Source: Eledone cirrhosa
Lineage: Eukaryota
NCBI GenBank assembly: GCA_964016885.1
Contig: OZ024743.1
Span: 97,216,001 to 97,280,000, forward strand
Reading direction: 5' to 3'
Length of the DNA: 64,000 bases
Positions 40,603 through 53,395 of this stretch are shown here, in pieces. The first letter of the stretch is position 1, and each line of letters opens with the position of its first letter. Position numbers and translations under genes: made by a program. The notes beneath the pieces are model-generated. The model searched no databases. It saw only the letters and a program-made list of their open reading frames with translations, and had not been told where the DNA came from.

Positions 40603-43600
40603 TGAGGATTCTTTTCTTTGTTTTTTGTGCCTCTCCTTTGTTCTGTCCTACGCCATCTTGTTTTTGTGTGTGTGTTATGTGCTTAGTTTGCGCATGTGTT
40701 ACATCCGGGTGTCTGTGTGTGTTTATATTCGTTTATTTATTTGTTTATTTACATGTTACTGGTTGATTGTTTGTTCTAAGTGCGTGTGTGTTTTCATTTT
40801 GTCCTTAATTGTAAGTTGTGATATTGCTGTTCCACTCATGTTTTCTATTTAATTTTGGTTGGAATTCATTTATGTTTATTGCCTCTGTGATTTGTCTAAA
40901 CATTGCGTCTTTTCTGTGTGTAGATTCTATTTTTATTTCTATGTTCTCTAATTTACCCTTATGTTCTATTTTAGCATGTTGGTAGAATACAGATGATTCT
41001 TTACTATCTTGAAGGTCTCGCCAGTGTTCGTTTATCCGTTCCCTTATACTACGAGCTGTCTCACCTATGTACACTATATTTTTATCTCTACATTGTCCTT
41101 CAGTACATCTTATGCTATATACTACATTTCTAGTTTTACAGTTAATATGGGGGCTTAATTTATAGATTATACATTTCTTATCTATACAGGGAGGTCTTTG
41201 AAAAGGGTATGTCTTGCTAATAAGTGTTTTTACGGAGGTACCTGGTCTTTCTACTATCTTAATATTGAGTTTATGTTTATCTAGCTCCCTTCTAAATTTG
41301 TAAGCTAATTCACCTCTAGGGGTTGTATCGATGAACATTACACTCTGGTATTTATTGCTATCATACCATGAGTTTATTCTATTAGCCTTATTCCTAGTTC
41401 TTTCTATTCTATTCCAAAATTTGCTCCTATACAAGGGGCAAGTCCCATTTGTGTCATTATTTACCATTTTTTCCCATTTGGTTCTCGCTCCTCTATACAC
41501 TCTGATTTTATCTCTCTGATTGTAACCAGAGAAATGCATACGGTGGGTGAAGTGTTGTATGTGTCTCTCTAGTTCTTCGGGGTTGCACATGCGGGACACC
41601 TTTCTCATCACCCGTACCAAATCCGCAATCAGTATGTTGATTTTGGTATGGTCCGAAACAGCTGAGTTTCGGTGGATCAGATATTTAGAAGTAATGGGTT
41701 TGGCATAATGGGAATGGAGGATTTGCTTTTTGTTATTAATGGTATCTAACCAGAGCTCTGTGTCTAGTACAGGTAATCGATGGTTGGGGTGTTTGCTTGG
41801 TTAGTCTATAGCAACTCTAATACTCTGGTGGATGGAATTAGCTATTTGCTGGATACTTTCCATTGTGTTTTTCTCTAATTCCTGACTGTTCCTAGTGGGG
41901 TGTTTTAACTATGATGTTTATATCATCAACGTAGCGGGAGTACATTATCAGAGTTAAGGGGTCTTCTAATTGTTCTTTAAGTTTAAGTTTAAGTCTACTG
42001 TCCTACCATACCATGAATAGGTTAGCTATGTCGCCTGCAATGCTAACACCAATGGCTGCTCCCTCCTCTTGGGCATATGTTTTTCCATTAAATTTGAACA
42101 TATGTTCCTTAAGGGTTAATTTTATGCTGGCCCCCACCGCATGTGCAATCATTTTATTTAGTTCATCGTGGCTTTCGGGGGTCCGTATGGCTTTGGTCCA
42201 CCCGTCCATCTATCTGTGTGGGTTTTCTTGGCCATTGAGGTAATGGTAGGTGGTCTGCCTCTTGCTGGCCTTGTAGGGCACAGGTTGCTAAGGTCATATG
42301 TGTCTAGATAATTATTACTATAGGTAAGTTTAAGTAGGTATCCCAGCTCACTGGTATCAATCCAACGGAATTCAACATTGCTCTCACTGATCATTTCTAC
42401 GCATTTCTCCACAGCAAAATCCACGTCAATAGATGGATACAGGGACACAACATCCATACTACCTATTATACAGTTTGTTAGGTCTCTAGATCGGTTACTC
42501 TCGCCGATTCTGCTGAGGAGGTCCTCCATGCTGTCACATACATCTGGGGACATTTCAATGATGGGGCGTATGATCAGGGAGAGGAAGTAGGACAGTCTGT
42601 AGTTACTAGCAATGTTAGCTCCACAGACTGGCCGTGTTGGTGGTCCTGTGACAGGGTCACTGATCGTTTTATGGTCTTTTCGAAGCCCATACAACGTTGG
42701 CACGTCATTGTTCCAGGCCTCGAAGTTGTTGGCAGTCCTTTTGTTGGGCTGCATTATATTTGTCCACATCATCATATGGGCATTGAGGACTTTTTCTCTA
42801 TCCTCATGCTCTTGTGGTGTTACATCTCACTAGAGAACAGTCAGAAATTAGAGAAAAATACAATGGAAAGCATCCAGCAAATAGCTAACTCCATCCACTA
42901 GAGTATTAGAGTTACTATAGACTACCCAAGCAAACACCCCAACCATCGATTACCTGTACTAGACACAGAGCTCTGGTTAGATACCATTAATAACAAAAAA
43001 TATATCTTCCATTCCCATTATGCCAAACCTATGACTTCCAAATATCTGATCTACCGAAACTGTTTCGGACCATACCAAAATCAACATACTGATTGCGGAT
43101 TTGGTACGGGTGATGAGAAACGTGTCCGCATGTGCAACCCGAAGAACTATAGAGACACATACAACACTTCATCCGCCGTATGCAGTTCTCTGGTTACAAT
43201 CAGAGAGATAAGATCAGAGTGTATAGAGGAGCGAGAACCAAATGAGAAAAAATGGTAAATAATGACACAAATGGGACCTGCCCCTTGTATAGGAGCAAAT
43301 TTTGGAATAGAATAGAAAGAACTAGGAATAAGGCTAATAGAATAAACTCATGGTATGATAGCAATAAATACCAGAGTGTAATGTTCATCGATACAACCCC
43401 TAGAGGTGAATTAGCTTACAAATTTAGAAGGGCGCTAGATAAAGATAAACTCAATATTAAGATGGTAGAAAGACCAGGTACCTCCATAAAAACACTTATT
43501 AATAAGACATACCCTTTTCAAAGACCTCACTGTATAGATAGAAATGTATAATCTGTAAATTAAGCCCCCATATTAACTGTAAAACTAGAAATGTAGTATA

Positions 43601-44101
43601 TAGCATGTACTGAAGGGCAATGTAGAGATAAAAATATAGTGTACATAGGTGAGACAGCTCGTAGTATAGGGGAACGGATAAATGAACACTGGCGAGACTT
43701 TCAACATAATAAAGAATCATCTGTACTCAACCAACATGCTAAAATAGAACATAAGGATAAATTAGAGAACATAGAAATAAAAATAGAATCTACACACAGA
43801 AAAGACGCAATGTTTAGACAAATCACAGAGGCAATAAACATAAATGAATTACAACCAAAATTAAATAGAAAACATGAGTGGAACAGCAATATCACAACTT
43901 ACAAAATGAAAAAAAAACACGCACTTAGAACAAACAACCAACCAGTAACATGTAAATAAACAAATAAATAAACGAATATAAACACACACAGACACCCGGA
44001 TGTAACACATGCGCAAACTAAGCACACAACACACACACAAAAACAAGATGGCGTAGGACAGAACAAAGGAGAGGGACAAAAAACAAAGAAAAGAATCCCC
44101 A

Positions 44102-44144
44102 GTCACTGAAGAGGTCACAGAATGTGTGACGAAAGAACTTTGAC
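44102..44144 (+). ncRNA. Minimal HHR in PLE 3 pLTR (right)
   Basis: GUCA-CUGAAGA-G-GUCACAGAAUGUGUGAC-GAAA-GAAC-UU-UGAC. Confidence 0.7.
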
Positions 44145-44350
44145 AATATATAAACAACCATCTGGTTGTGGAACCAACCAACCGGAAATTTATAAATTCC
44201 TAAATTTATAAATGTATTATAATAAATTGAAGTGAAAGCATCTGGTGCGTGTGTTTCTTATTGGCAACATGACCCTCCCAAAGTATAACAATATCCGTTT
44301 CAACACACGTTTTCAGATAAAGAATTTTGCTAAACAAATTCAGAAACGAA

Positions 44351-44407
<57 letters not shown>

Positions 44408-44410
<3 letters not shown>

Positions 44411-44760
44411 GTAAAATCAAAAGATGGTTAAAAGAGTTCCAAGTATTTTATGATGCGCATTTCAAAAACAAATATCATCATGAGATGATATCTGCGTTTT
44501 CATCAGATAAAATAGGGATACATGATATGGAGGTTAAAAAACACTTGTGAATAGTGAAGTTTTAAATCAACATATGAAAAAAAATTTTTTTTTTCATATG
44601 TTGATTTACAACTTCACTATTCACAAGTGCTTTTTAACCTCCATATCATGTATCCTTATTTTATCTGATGAAAACGCAGATATCATCTCATGATATTTAT
44701 TTTTGAAATGCGCATAATAAAATACTTGGAACTCTTTTAACCATCTTTTGATCTTATATT
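44408..44760. mobile_element. 350-bp palindrome with two outward-facing family A HHRs
   Basis: Centre is an A-run/T-run at ~44583. HHR at 44658-44723 (+): AUUUUAU-CUGAUGA...GAAA-UGCGCA-UA-AUAAAAU. Mirror at 44445-44513 (-) has an AUC site. Confidence 0.85.
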
Positions 44761-44850
44761 ATTTATACTCAAGTCCTACAAACTGTAGAGTGCTACTTAT
44801 CCGATATTTGCATTGCTTTATTGTACTACAATAAAACTCACCTTCTACAT

Positions 44851-44880
<30 letters not shown>

Positions 44881-44882
<2 letters not shown>

Positions 44883-45340
44883 AATGGAAAATAATGAAAC
44901 GAAATTTCATTTCTCACTCTTAGTACGGCTGGTACTTAAATGTAAGTATGTATGTATACGTACATACATATATATATATATACAGACGTACAGTAGTATG
45001 TATATATATAGATACATGCACACATATGTATATGCACGTATCGGTTTACCGAACATTTATATAATGCTCGGTTTGTTTGTAAACAAACAAACATCCCGAA
45101 TTACGCCGTACAGTGTTTAGGCAACCATCGTCACCCTTTTGTTTAACACTGACACAGGAACGATGTACTAGTTTCAAGCTTATTAGCTATCGTCAGCATC
45201 GTATACCTTTCTGTCAAATGATTGAACGTCTGAAAGTATATACTTCCTTATGCATATTAACGGCTGAGCAGTCAAATTTGCATATCTACCGAGTTAGTCG
45301 GCCGGGCGCACCGAAAACGATAAATGGAAAATAATGAAAC
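44881..45340 (-). mobile_element. 440-bp-period terminally redundant HHR unit (non-LTR retrozyme candidate)
   Basis: TAAATGGAAAATAATGAAAC at 44881-44900 and 45321-45340; no credible ORF; internal HHR. Confidence 0.75.
45160..45202 (-). ncRNA. Minimal type I HHR, intact core
   Basis: Minus strand: ACGAUG-CUGACGA-UAGCUAAUAAGCUU-GAAAC-UA-GUA-CAUCGU. Confidence 0.85.
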
Positions 45341-45345
45341 ACCCC

Positions 45346-45413
<68 letters not shown>

Positions 45414-46061
45414 GGGCGATGCGTTATGTCCTTGAGCAAGACACTTTATTTCCTGTTGCTCCTTCTACCTGGAGTTGAGACCCATAGATAATATTAGCAA
45501 TTGGAAAGTCCACTGGAAACATTGTTTCCTCGGTCCGATTTGACGAAATTCGATCGACCTCCTTACATTGAAGTGATTTATAGATTTTGAGGAGAAATAT
45601 TTGGCACATCTAGTTGATGATAATGACTTTAATCTCTTTAAAGTCGGGATTTCCTTGCCTTATGTTGGTGATTCTTTTATCTTCATATTTGTATTACTTT
45701 TTTCAATACTATCGTATTTTATTACATTTTATTAACCCCTTCGTTGACTTCTCAATCGTCGTATTTTATAATCATCACTTCCTTTATCACTTCTTTTATT
45801 GTCTTCTCATGTAAATTTTTTTATCAATTATTTTATCGTCAACACTTATTTGCTTCTTAAAATTGCATACATATATATACATATATATAAATTTTCTGAC
45901 ATTAATGTAATTTCCTCTTTGCCAAAACACATTACCTAGAAGTGGAATATGGTCCTTGCTGGGAATGGTTTCTAGTAGGAAAAAATATCTGAACAATTTC
46001 TAAATATTACACGTCTTTCACACAATACAGTGTTGGTAGCAGAAAAATTGGTTACTACTTG

Positions 46062-46244
46062 AATAATTGTTTCTACTTTTGGCACAAGGCCAGCAATTAC
46101 CACAGTGCATTACTGGTACTTTATTTTATCGACCCCGTAAGGATGAAAGGCAAAGTTAACCTCAGCGTGATTTGAACTCAGACCATAAAGGGCCGTAACT
46201 CTATGCATGGCGTCCGACCCTCTACCGATACTGCCAATCCACCG
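46062..46244 (-). mobile_element. tRNA-derived SINE
   Basis: Same family core and boxes. Confidence 0.9.
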
Positions 46245-46836
46245 TTAATACTTAAATAATACAATGCAACGAGAGCGGCTCGGCTTGCGGTTGATCTGAT
46301 AGAAATAATTTAGAGACATTTTTCTTTCATTTCAAATAAATATAAAGGACTACATGTAATGTAGTCCTTTATATTTAACTCTATAAAGACAGGGTGGTTA
46401 CAGTTGCAATGATTTTCATAGTTGTCAGATAAGTTGGTCTGAGCTGACCTGGGGCTACAAAATCCAGATGAAGCATGCATTTGATAAGGAAGATATGGAT
46501 GGGCTATATCTCAAAGTAGGTGAGTTCATGGTTGGAGTGCATTTGATCAGAGGCCTGCTCAATCAACCTAAATTAAAGCTAAACAACGATAATAACAACT
46601 ACAATCGCATCAATTGTCTCTGGATTTGGAACCAGTTTTATTATTCCGTCGGCGAATTAGCAGGCGTTATATCGCTGGATATAATGCCTAGCGGTAATCC
46701 TTTCCGCTCTCTCAGTTCAAATCCCGTTGTGGTCAACTTTACATTTCATAATTTTGAAGTTGACAAAAAAGTACTAGCCCAGTACTAGGGTCAATTCTTT
46801 CCCTATATCCTTTTCTCATTTCCTCTCTCTCTCAAT

Positions 46837-46930
<94 letters not shown>

Positions 46931-47150
46931 TACACTATATCTTTCCTTCTCTGGAAGAAGTCGACAGTATTCAGACCGGAAGAGTGGATCGTCTCCGCAA
47001 GGTTTTAAATCTCCATGACGGCGCCCTTACCGTTCTATCAGAAGTCTTGGGTCTATACATACATACCAACAAACATACATACCTACCTACATACATACAT
47101 ACATACATACATACATACATACATACATACATACATACATACATACATAC

Positions 47151-49051
47151 TAACTAACAAAATGATTCAGGAAAAAACAACAAAGAATCGCAGAAACATG
47201 ACTGTCGTGTGGCTGGACTATCAAAAAGCATTTGATAGTGTACCTCATGGGTGGATTGTTAAGGCTTTACAGTTAGCTAAAGTCCCACAACCATTGGTAG
47301 CTGCTGTTGAACGCCTGACCAAGAACTGGTACACCAGTTTGATCCTTAGAGGTGAGAAGGAGCAGGTTAAGACTGATAAGATACATTACCAGAAGGGCAT
47401 CTTTCAGGGTGATAGCTTGTCAGTGCTACTCTTCGTTCTCTCACTGAATCCACTATCTTACCTACTCAGGAAACAAGGTCGACAAAGAAGTGGGACCAGA
47501 AGTATCTCCCATCTTTTCTTTGTTGATGACCTGAAGTTGTATGGGCCAAATATCAATGACATCAAGAAACAATTGGACCTCATTACACAATTTTCAACCG
47601 ACATCAAAATGAAATTTGGTGAGTCCAAGTGTGCATATTTGGCAGTAAAACGTGGAAGAGCTGTGACCTCCTCTAGAAATCTAGAGATGAACGGCCTGAC
47701 AATACAACCTCTGCAGTCAGGTGACAACTACAGATATCTTGGACAGGATGAGAATGTCAGATATGATGGACCCATAAATAAGGAGAGAACCAGAACTGAA
47801 TACCTCAGAAGAGTAAAGAAAATATGGTCATCAGAACTGTCAGCATACAACAAATACATTGCCCACAATACTTATGCTGTGCCAATTCTAACGCCAACAT
47901 TTGACCTACTGAACTGGTCATTGCAAGAACTAAGTGAGATGGATGTTAGAACTCGAAAACTTCTCAGTGTTACTGGGAACTTTAACATCAATGGTGATGT
48001 GGATAGGCTATACTTCTCACGCAAGGAAGGTGGCCGGGGTCTAAAATCAATATTAACAACATATGAGACCCGGATAGTGACACTGAAGCAACACCTTCAA
48101 CAGAGGAAAAAGGTTGGCAACCATCTTGCCCAGGTTTATGACCATGAAAAAAGAAATATCATTAGAATAGCGACTGATCTGGAGGAGAGATATGGAATAA
48201 AGCCCGATATAAATCTCTCACCCAGAGAAATCGGAAGATCCTATTCAATGTTCAAACAAGAAAAAAAAATTGACCAATTTACAGAAAAAGTTGTGCATGG
48301 ATACTTGAGGCGTAAAACACCGACCATAGAGGGGATAAACCACTCAAAAAGCCTGGCATGGAGTTCCGACAAGTTTATGACATCACACCTTGAGGGATAT
48401 CTCTATGCAATAGAGGAACAAGAACTCCCTACCAAATATCTGCTGCACAAAAGAGGAGGGCCAGCAGCTGACAATAAATGTAGGCTATGTAAAACAAAGA
48501 TCGAGGATGTAAGTCACATTGTTGCCAGCTGCGAAAGAATGTCATCTCGCTACTACCTCCCCATGAGACACGATGGGATAGCTAGAACCATCTGGAACGC
48601 ACTTCGGAAAACAAAATCAACAACAAACGAGGAAGAATATATTGAGACAGATGGCACTAAGGAATACTGGTGGAACCTGAAAATAAAAACTGCCACCAAA
48701 TTAAAGCACAACCGGCCTGATATTGTAGTTTGGGACCACACATTGAAAACGTGTTCTGTTGTGGAGATCAGCTGCCCACTTGATGTAAACGTTGTCAGAA
48801 AAATACAGGAGAAGGAGGACATCTACGGACCATTGATGAGGAGTTTACAAATCCAGTATCCAAGATACACCTTTAGCTTCATACCCATCATTATTGGTGC
48901 TACGGGTTATATACCAACCCGCTTGGACCAAAGTATGACTGAACTTGGATTTGCGGACAAAAAGTGCAGCTCCCTAATTCATAGTCTACAAATGGCTGCG
49001 ATAGCTGGCACCTTCAAAATTTGCAAAACATTCTTGCGATTCAAGGGATGA
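47151..49051 (+). CDS. 5'-truncated RT + zinc knuckle + restriction-like endonuclease ORF of an R4/Dong-like retrotransposon
   Basis: WLDYQKAFDSVPH, GIFQGDSLS, HLFFVDDLKLY, CRLC...SHIVASC, RHD, NRPDIVV..VVEISCP. The N-terminal ~45 aa of the called ORF are flank and (CATA)n read-through. Confidence 0.9.
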
Positions 49052-49159
49052 CAATTTCTTTTCTTTTACAACCTTGCCACCAGGAAGGTGGCCGGTCAAA
49101 AAATATACTCAAAATTAAGAGAAAGAGAAAACATACATACCAACATACATACATATCTA

Positions 49160-49897
49160 CCTATGAGGCATGATGTAGTGGCCAAAACACTGTAAAATGA
49201 GGTTCGTAAAAAAGATAGCCCCGATAATAAACACATTAAAAGCTACAGCAATGTGGAAGACATCCATGTACATAATATGAAAGAGTACTGGTGGAATGTT
49301 CCAGTAACAACCCCAATAAAATGCAGGCATAACAGACCAGATATTATGATATGGGACAGAGAGAAGAAAACATGCACAGTAGTGGAAATTAGCTGCCGAG
49401 CAGATGTCAATATAATATCAAAGATTAGCGAAAAGGAGAATATTTATGCAGAACTGATGAGAAATCTGCAGATACTCCACCCTGATTACACCTTCAGATT
49501 TATGCCTGTGATTATTGGGGCACTGGGGTATGTTAGTAACTGCCTCAATACATATCTTGAGAAGCTAGGCTTCACAGGAACAAAAAGAACACAACTAGTT
49601 AGGAAATTACAAGTACAATCCATTAATGCAAGAGTAAAAATATGTAAAACATTCCAAACATTTTGCATCTAATAACTGCATATACACATGTACAGATACA
49701 AAGCATATACACATGCACACATACAACTCAAAACATCCACATCCACACATACAATGACATCCATATCTACACATGCATGTATACATAATCTACCTAGTTG
49801 ATGTTGTGTAAATTCCAATGAGAGAGTCTTGTGTCTATGTTAGAAACCGTCTCTCTCTCTATTGGAAAAACATTTGTGAAATTATAAAACCAGAAGA
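49160..49897 (+). mobile_element. Second, distinct R4/Dong-like 3' fragment
   Basis: MRHDVVAK, EYWWNVPV, HNRPDIMIWD..VVEISC, followed by a 3' UTR and (CATA)n. Confidence 0.85.
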
Positions 49898-49952
49898 ACA
49901 TACACAGATACAAACATACATACATACATACATACATACATACATACATACA

Positions 49953-49985
<33 letters not shown>

Positions 49986-50177
49986 GATGGCTGCCCCCTC
50001 GTTATCGAGTATGGCCATTGCACGACAAAAAAAAATATATATACATATATATTAATAACAATAATAATAATAACAACAATAATAATAACGATAACAGCAA
50101 CAATAATAATATACATATACATATATATATACACACACACATGCACACACATAAACACATCTATACACACACACACA

Positions 50178-50725
50178 CCATAGCAACTAACAGCGCTGCG
50201 ATCGAATGTGACTTTTTAGCCCAGCCAATAAAATGTCTTGCACAGAGTCGGCAACCAAAACATTCACTGGGAATAGCCGGCTGTGGTTGGAGTTCATGTA
50301 CTTTTGCATGTCGTTTGAGCCCTCCTGCTGATTTACATTCTCTACCATATGCTTGGCAAGCATAATGAGTAGCATCTCCAACAGCAGCCTGGTAGTCAAC
50401 CACTGGTCTTACTTTATGACTGCGAAGATGACTTTCGAGTCCAGCTTTGCTTAGGCAGAGTCTCGCACAGACGCTGCATGTCAGCACCATAGGAGGACCC
50501 TCTCCGTCTGGAAGTGCAACAGCAATTCCCTTCCTCACATCCCGCTTTACTTTCTCGTATGCGATTCGAGATGCCTCAAAGGCAACTTTTCCCTCATATA
50601 CAGTCTTTCTCCATTTATCACGATCAGCAGCAATATTTTCCCATGTATCAGCAGAGATGTTAGCGTCTTTCAAAGAGGCTTTCAAAACATCCTTATACCT
50701 CTTTTTTGCTTTATGTGGCGGTCGT
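50178..50725 (-). mobile_element. RTE/BovB-like LINE 3' end with tandem C2H2 fingers
   Basis: KKRYKDVLKASLK..TWENIAADRDKWR, then CSVC..H..H, a decayed second finger and CRLC. Confidence 0.8.
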
Positions 50726-51354
50726 ATATACATATATACACACATACAAACATACATATATATATATACATATCACTTATCCATTTTAAGCAAGAAATAG
50801 TTAGTTTGTCAATGTCATGAAGGAGATCTACTATATATCATTCTGTTTTTTCTTTCCAATTACAAACAGAATAATGAACGATTTTCTTACATGACATCGT
50901 ATTTCTAATTCTATGTTTTCGACCCATTTTTACATGATATTACAGTCATTTGTTACTCTTATCTCAATTATCACTTTATCACTCTAGTATTACCTTCTTC
51001 ATCTACCGTATGTAATATGTTAATAGTTATGTCGTTGTTTCACAGGATCGCAGCCTTGTTGTTTGCTGATGGTCGAGAAACACAATGGCTCCATAAAGCT
51101 ATTTTTTAAACGAAATTTGTTCGATAGATATTATGTATTATATCGATTTACAATATTGACGTACATTCAAATATAATTTATGCAGCCTTGTGTTGAGTAT
51201 CTGGAAAGGATGTTATATATTCCTCATTAATATTTCTAAAATGAGATTATCTATTACTAGAATGCATTTATGTATGCTACATTTAGATTATATCTATTTT
51301 TATAAAACAAAAGAAAACTAGTGAATGTGAGAAACAGTACATAGCCACTTGTAA

Positions 51355-51660
51355 AGGCACATGACTTAGTAGTTATGGCGATCGACTCATAATGTTAAAA
51401 TTGTGAGTTCGATTCTCGTAGGTGCCTTGTGTCCTTCAACAAGAGACTTTATTTCACGTTAGTCTTGTTCATACAGCTGGTAAAAATGGTTTATACCTGT
51501 TATTCAAGGAGCCGACATTGTCCCACACTGTCACGCTGAGAATTACGTTGAAATTCCATTTACCTGTGGAATGCTCAGCCACTTACACGTCAATATCATG
51601 AACACATTGTTCCACTGATCAAACACCTAGAACAATAACCATTGGCACAGACGGAGGTCC
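51355..51660 (+). mobile_element. Diverged SINE of a second family (CORE-like); related copies ~25170-25570, 45410-45500, 53850-54160(-), 54200-54440
   Basis: GAGTTCGATTC B-box-like motif, then GTGTCCTTCAACAAGAGACTTTATTTCAC, and a shared CAGCCACTTACA block. Confidence 0.6.
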
Positions 51661-51897
51661 AACACACACATATATTTATTCATTCTTTTAGAAATAGCAG
51701 TTAAATCACAATTGAATCATAGTTTGATGTATTAAAAAAAGGACAATTCATTGGATAATGTAGTCAGACGAGGGTTAATGTGATTCTAGACAACAACTAT
51801 AATAGCAACAACATAACTATTCAAGCTGTAGTTAATGCACGGATAGTATGAGGCAAGATTCGCAAAGACAATTATTGTTATTTTTTATTATTACAAA

Positions 51898-52056
51898 TGC
51901 GGTGGATTGGCAGTATCGGTAGGGGGTTGGACGCTATGCTTTGACGCACAGAGTTACGGCCCTTGCTATTCTGAGTTCAAATCCCGCCGAGGTTGACTTT
52001 GCCTTTCATCGTTACGGGGTCGATAAAATAAAGTACCAGTCGTGCACTGGGTAATT
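51898..52056 (+). mobile_element. tRNA-derived SINE
   Basis: Same family boxes and core. Confidence 0.9.
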
Positions 52057-53143
52057 GATGACAATAATTTCATTCATGGCGATCCTGATTTATATTTTTA
52101 TTTTTACTTTTCGGGTCTTGTGTATCCCATACTGTGTTATGAATTAAAAAAAAAAGCGGACAAAAAAAAAATGTAGCTAAAGGAGAATTGTAGTGGTTGG
52201 GTTGTTGATGAAGTAGACAATCCAAGCTGGTTGAATCTGTGACATAGCTTCTGTAACTTGTTACTGGTATAATGACATGAGCAAAGTCTCCAACATTATC
52301 ATATTTCCTCAGTTTTCCATGGTTACGACAAAATAAAATAAAATAAATAATCACAATAAAATACGGCCTTGCGTTCACAATCAGAAGAAATCAATGTGTG
52401 AAGTAAAATAAGATATTATAATTGTGTTAAGAAGATCTGTTATAATTAAATTCTAATGCTAGAATATGAATGATGAAGAGTTTACAAAATGATATCAAAA
52501 AGGGAAGGCAATCACAATAGGCGTGGAAAAGGAATGAGATGAAAGCATTTGTGATGAGGAGTGTAGTCAGAGGGGGGGGGGGAGAAGAAGAAGAAGAAGA
52601 AGAAGAAGAAGAAGAAGAAGAAGAAGAAGAAGAAGAAGAAGAAGAAGAAGAAGAAGAAGAAGAAAAAAGAAGAAGAAGAAGAAGAAGAAAAAGAAGAAGA
52701 AAAAGAAAAAGAAGAAGTATTTTCTTTTTCAGTTTTTCCTTTTGCTAGCGAGAAGTTAGAATGTAAATGCATTCGACCCTTCGTTCTCGTCAACTTCCTG
52801 CTACGCGTAGCTCTGCGAGAAACCGTTCTCACTGTCCACCTGAAAGAAGAGAATGATTATTATGATGGTTATGTTAGTGTAGGTGGCGATGATGATGTTT
52901 GAAGTAATGACAACCGCGGTGTAAGTATAGTGGGGGAATGATAAGGAAGTTAATATTGAGTAAAAGAGAATAAAGGGAGATGATCGATGCTAGAAACGAT
53001 GAAGTAATTTCTTTAATTGCAGCTGTCACATGGTTAAACAAAACAACTAATGCTTTTCTCTTATTATTGATCAGTAATCATACTTTGTATATAGTGAAGA
53101 CAACCACAGGCCTCATACATTGTATATACAGAAGAACAAACAG

Positions 53144-53221
<78 letters not shown>

Positions 53222-53330
53222 ACATACCCACACTCACACACAAAATGTATATATACAGAATGCAAACACACGCATACATACGCACAAACTTTATACATAC
53301 ATAAGCATATATGCTTCGTGTATACAGCGC

Positions 53331-53395
<65 letters not shown>

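Larger units (their letters stand above)
40403..44293. mobile_element. Penelope-like retroelement 3 as a tail-out inverted dimer
   Basis: Minus-strand RT (GSMDVVSLYPSI, QEEGAAIG, YSRYVDDI) and GIY-YIG (NVVYSIRC..YIGETARSIRERINEH). 40403-41897 is inverted at 42828-44293. Confidence 0.92.
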
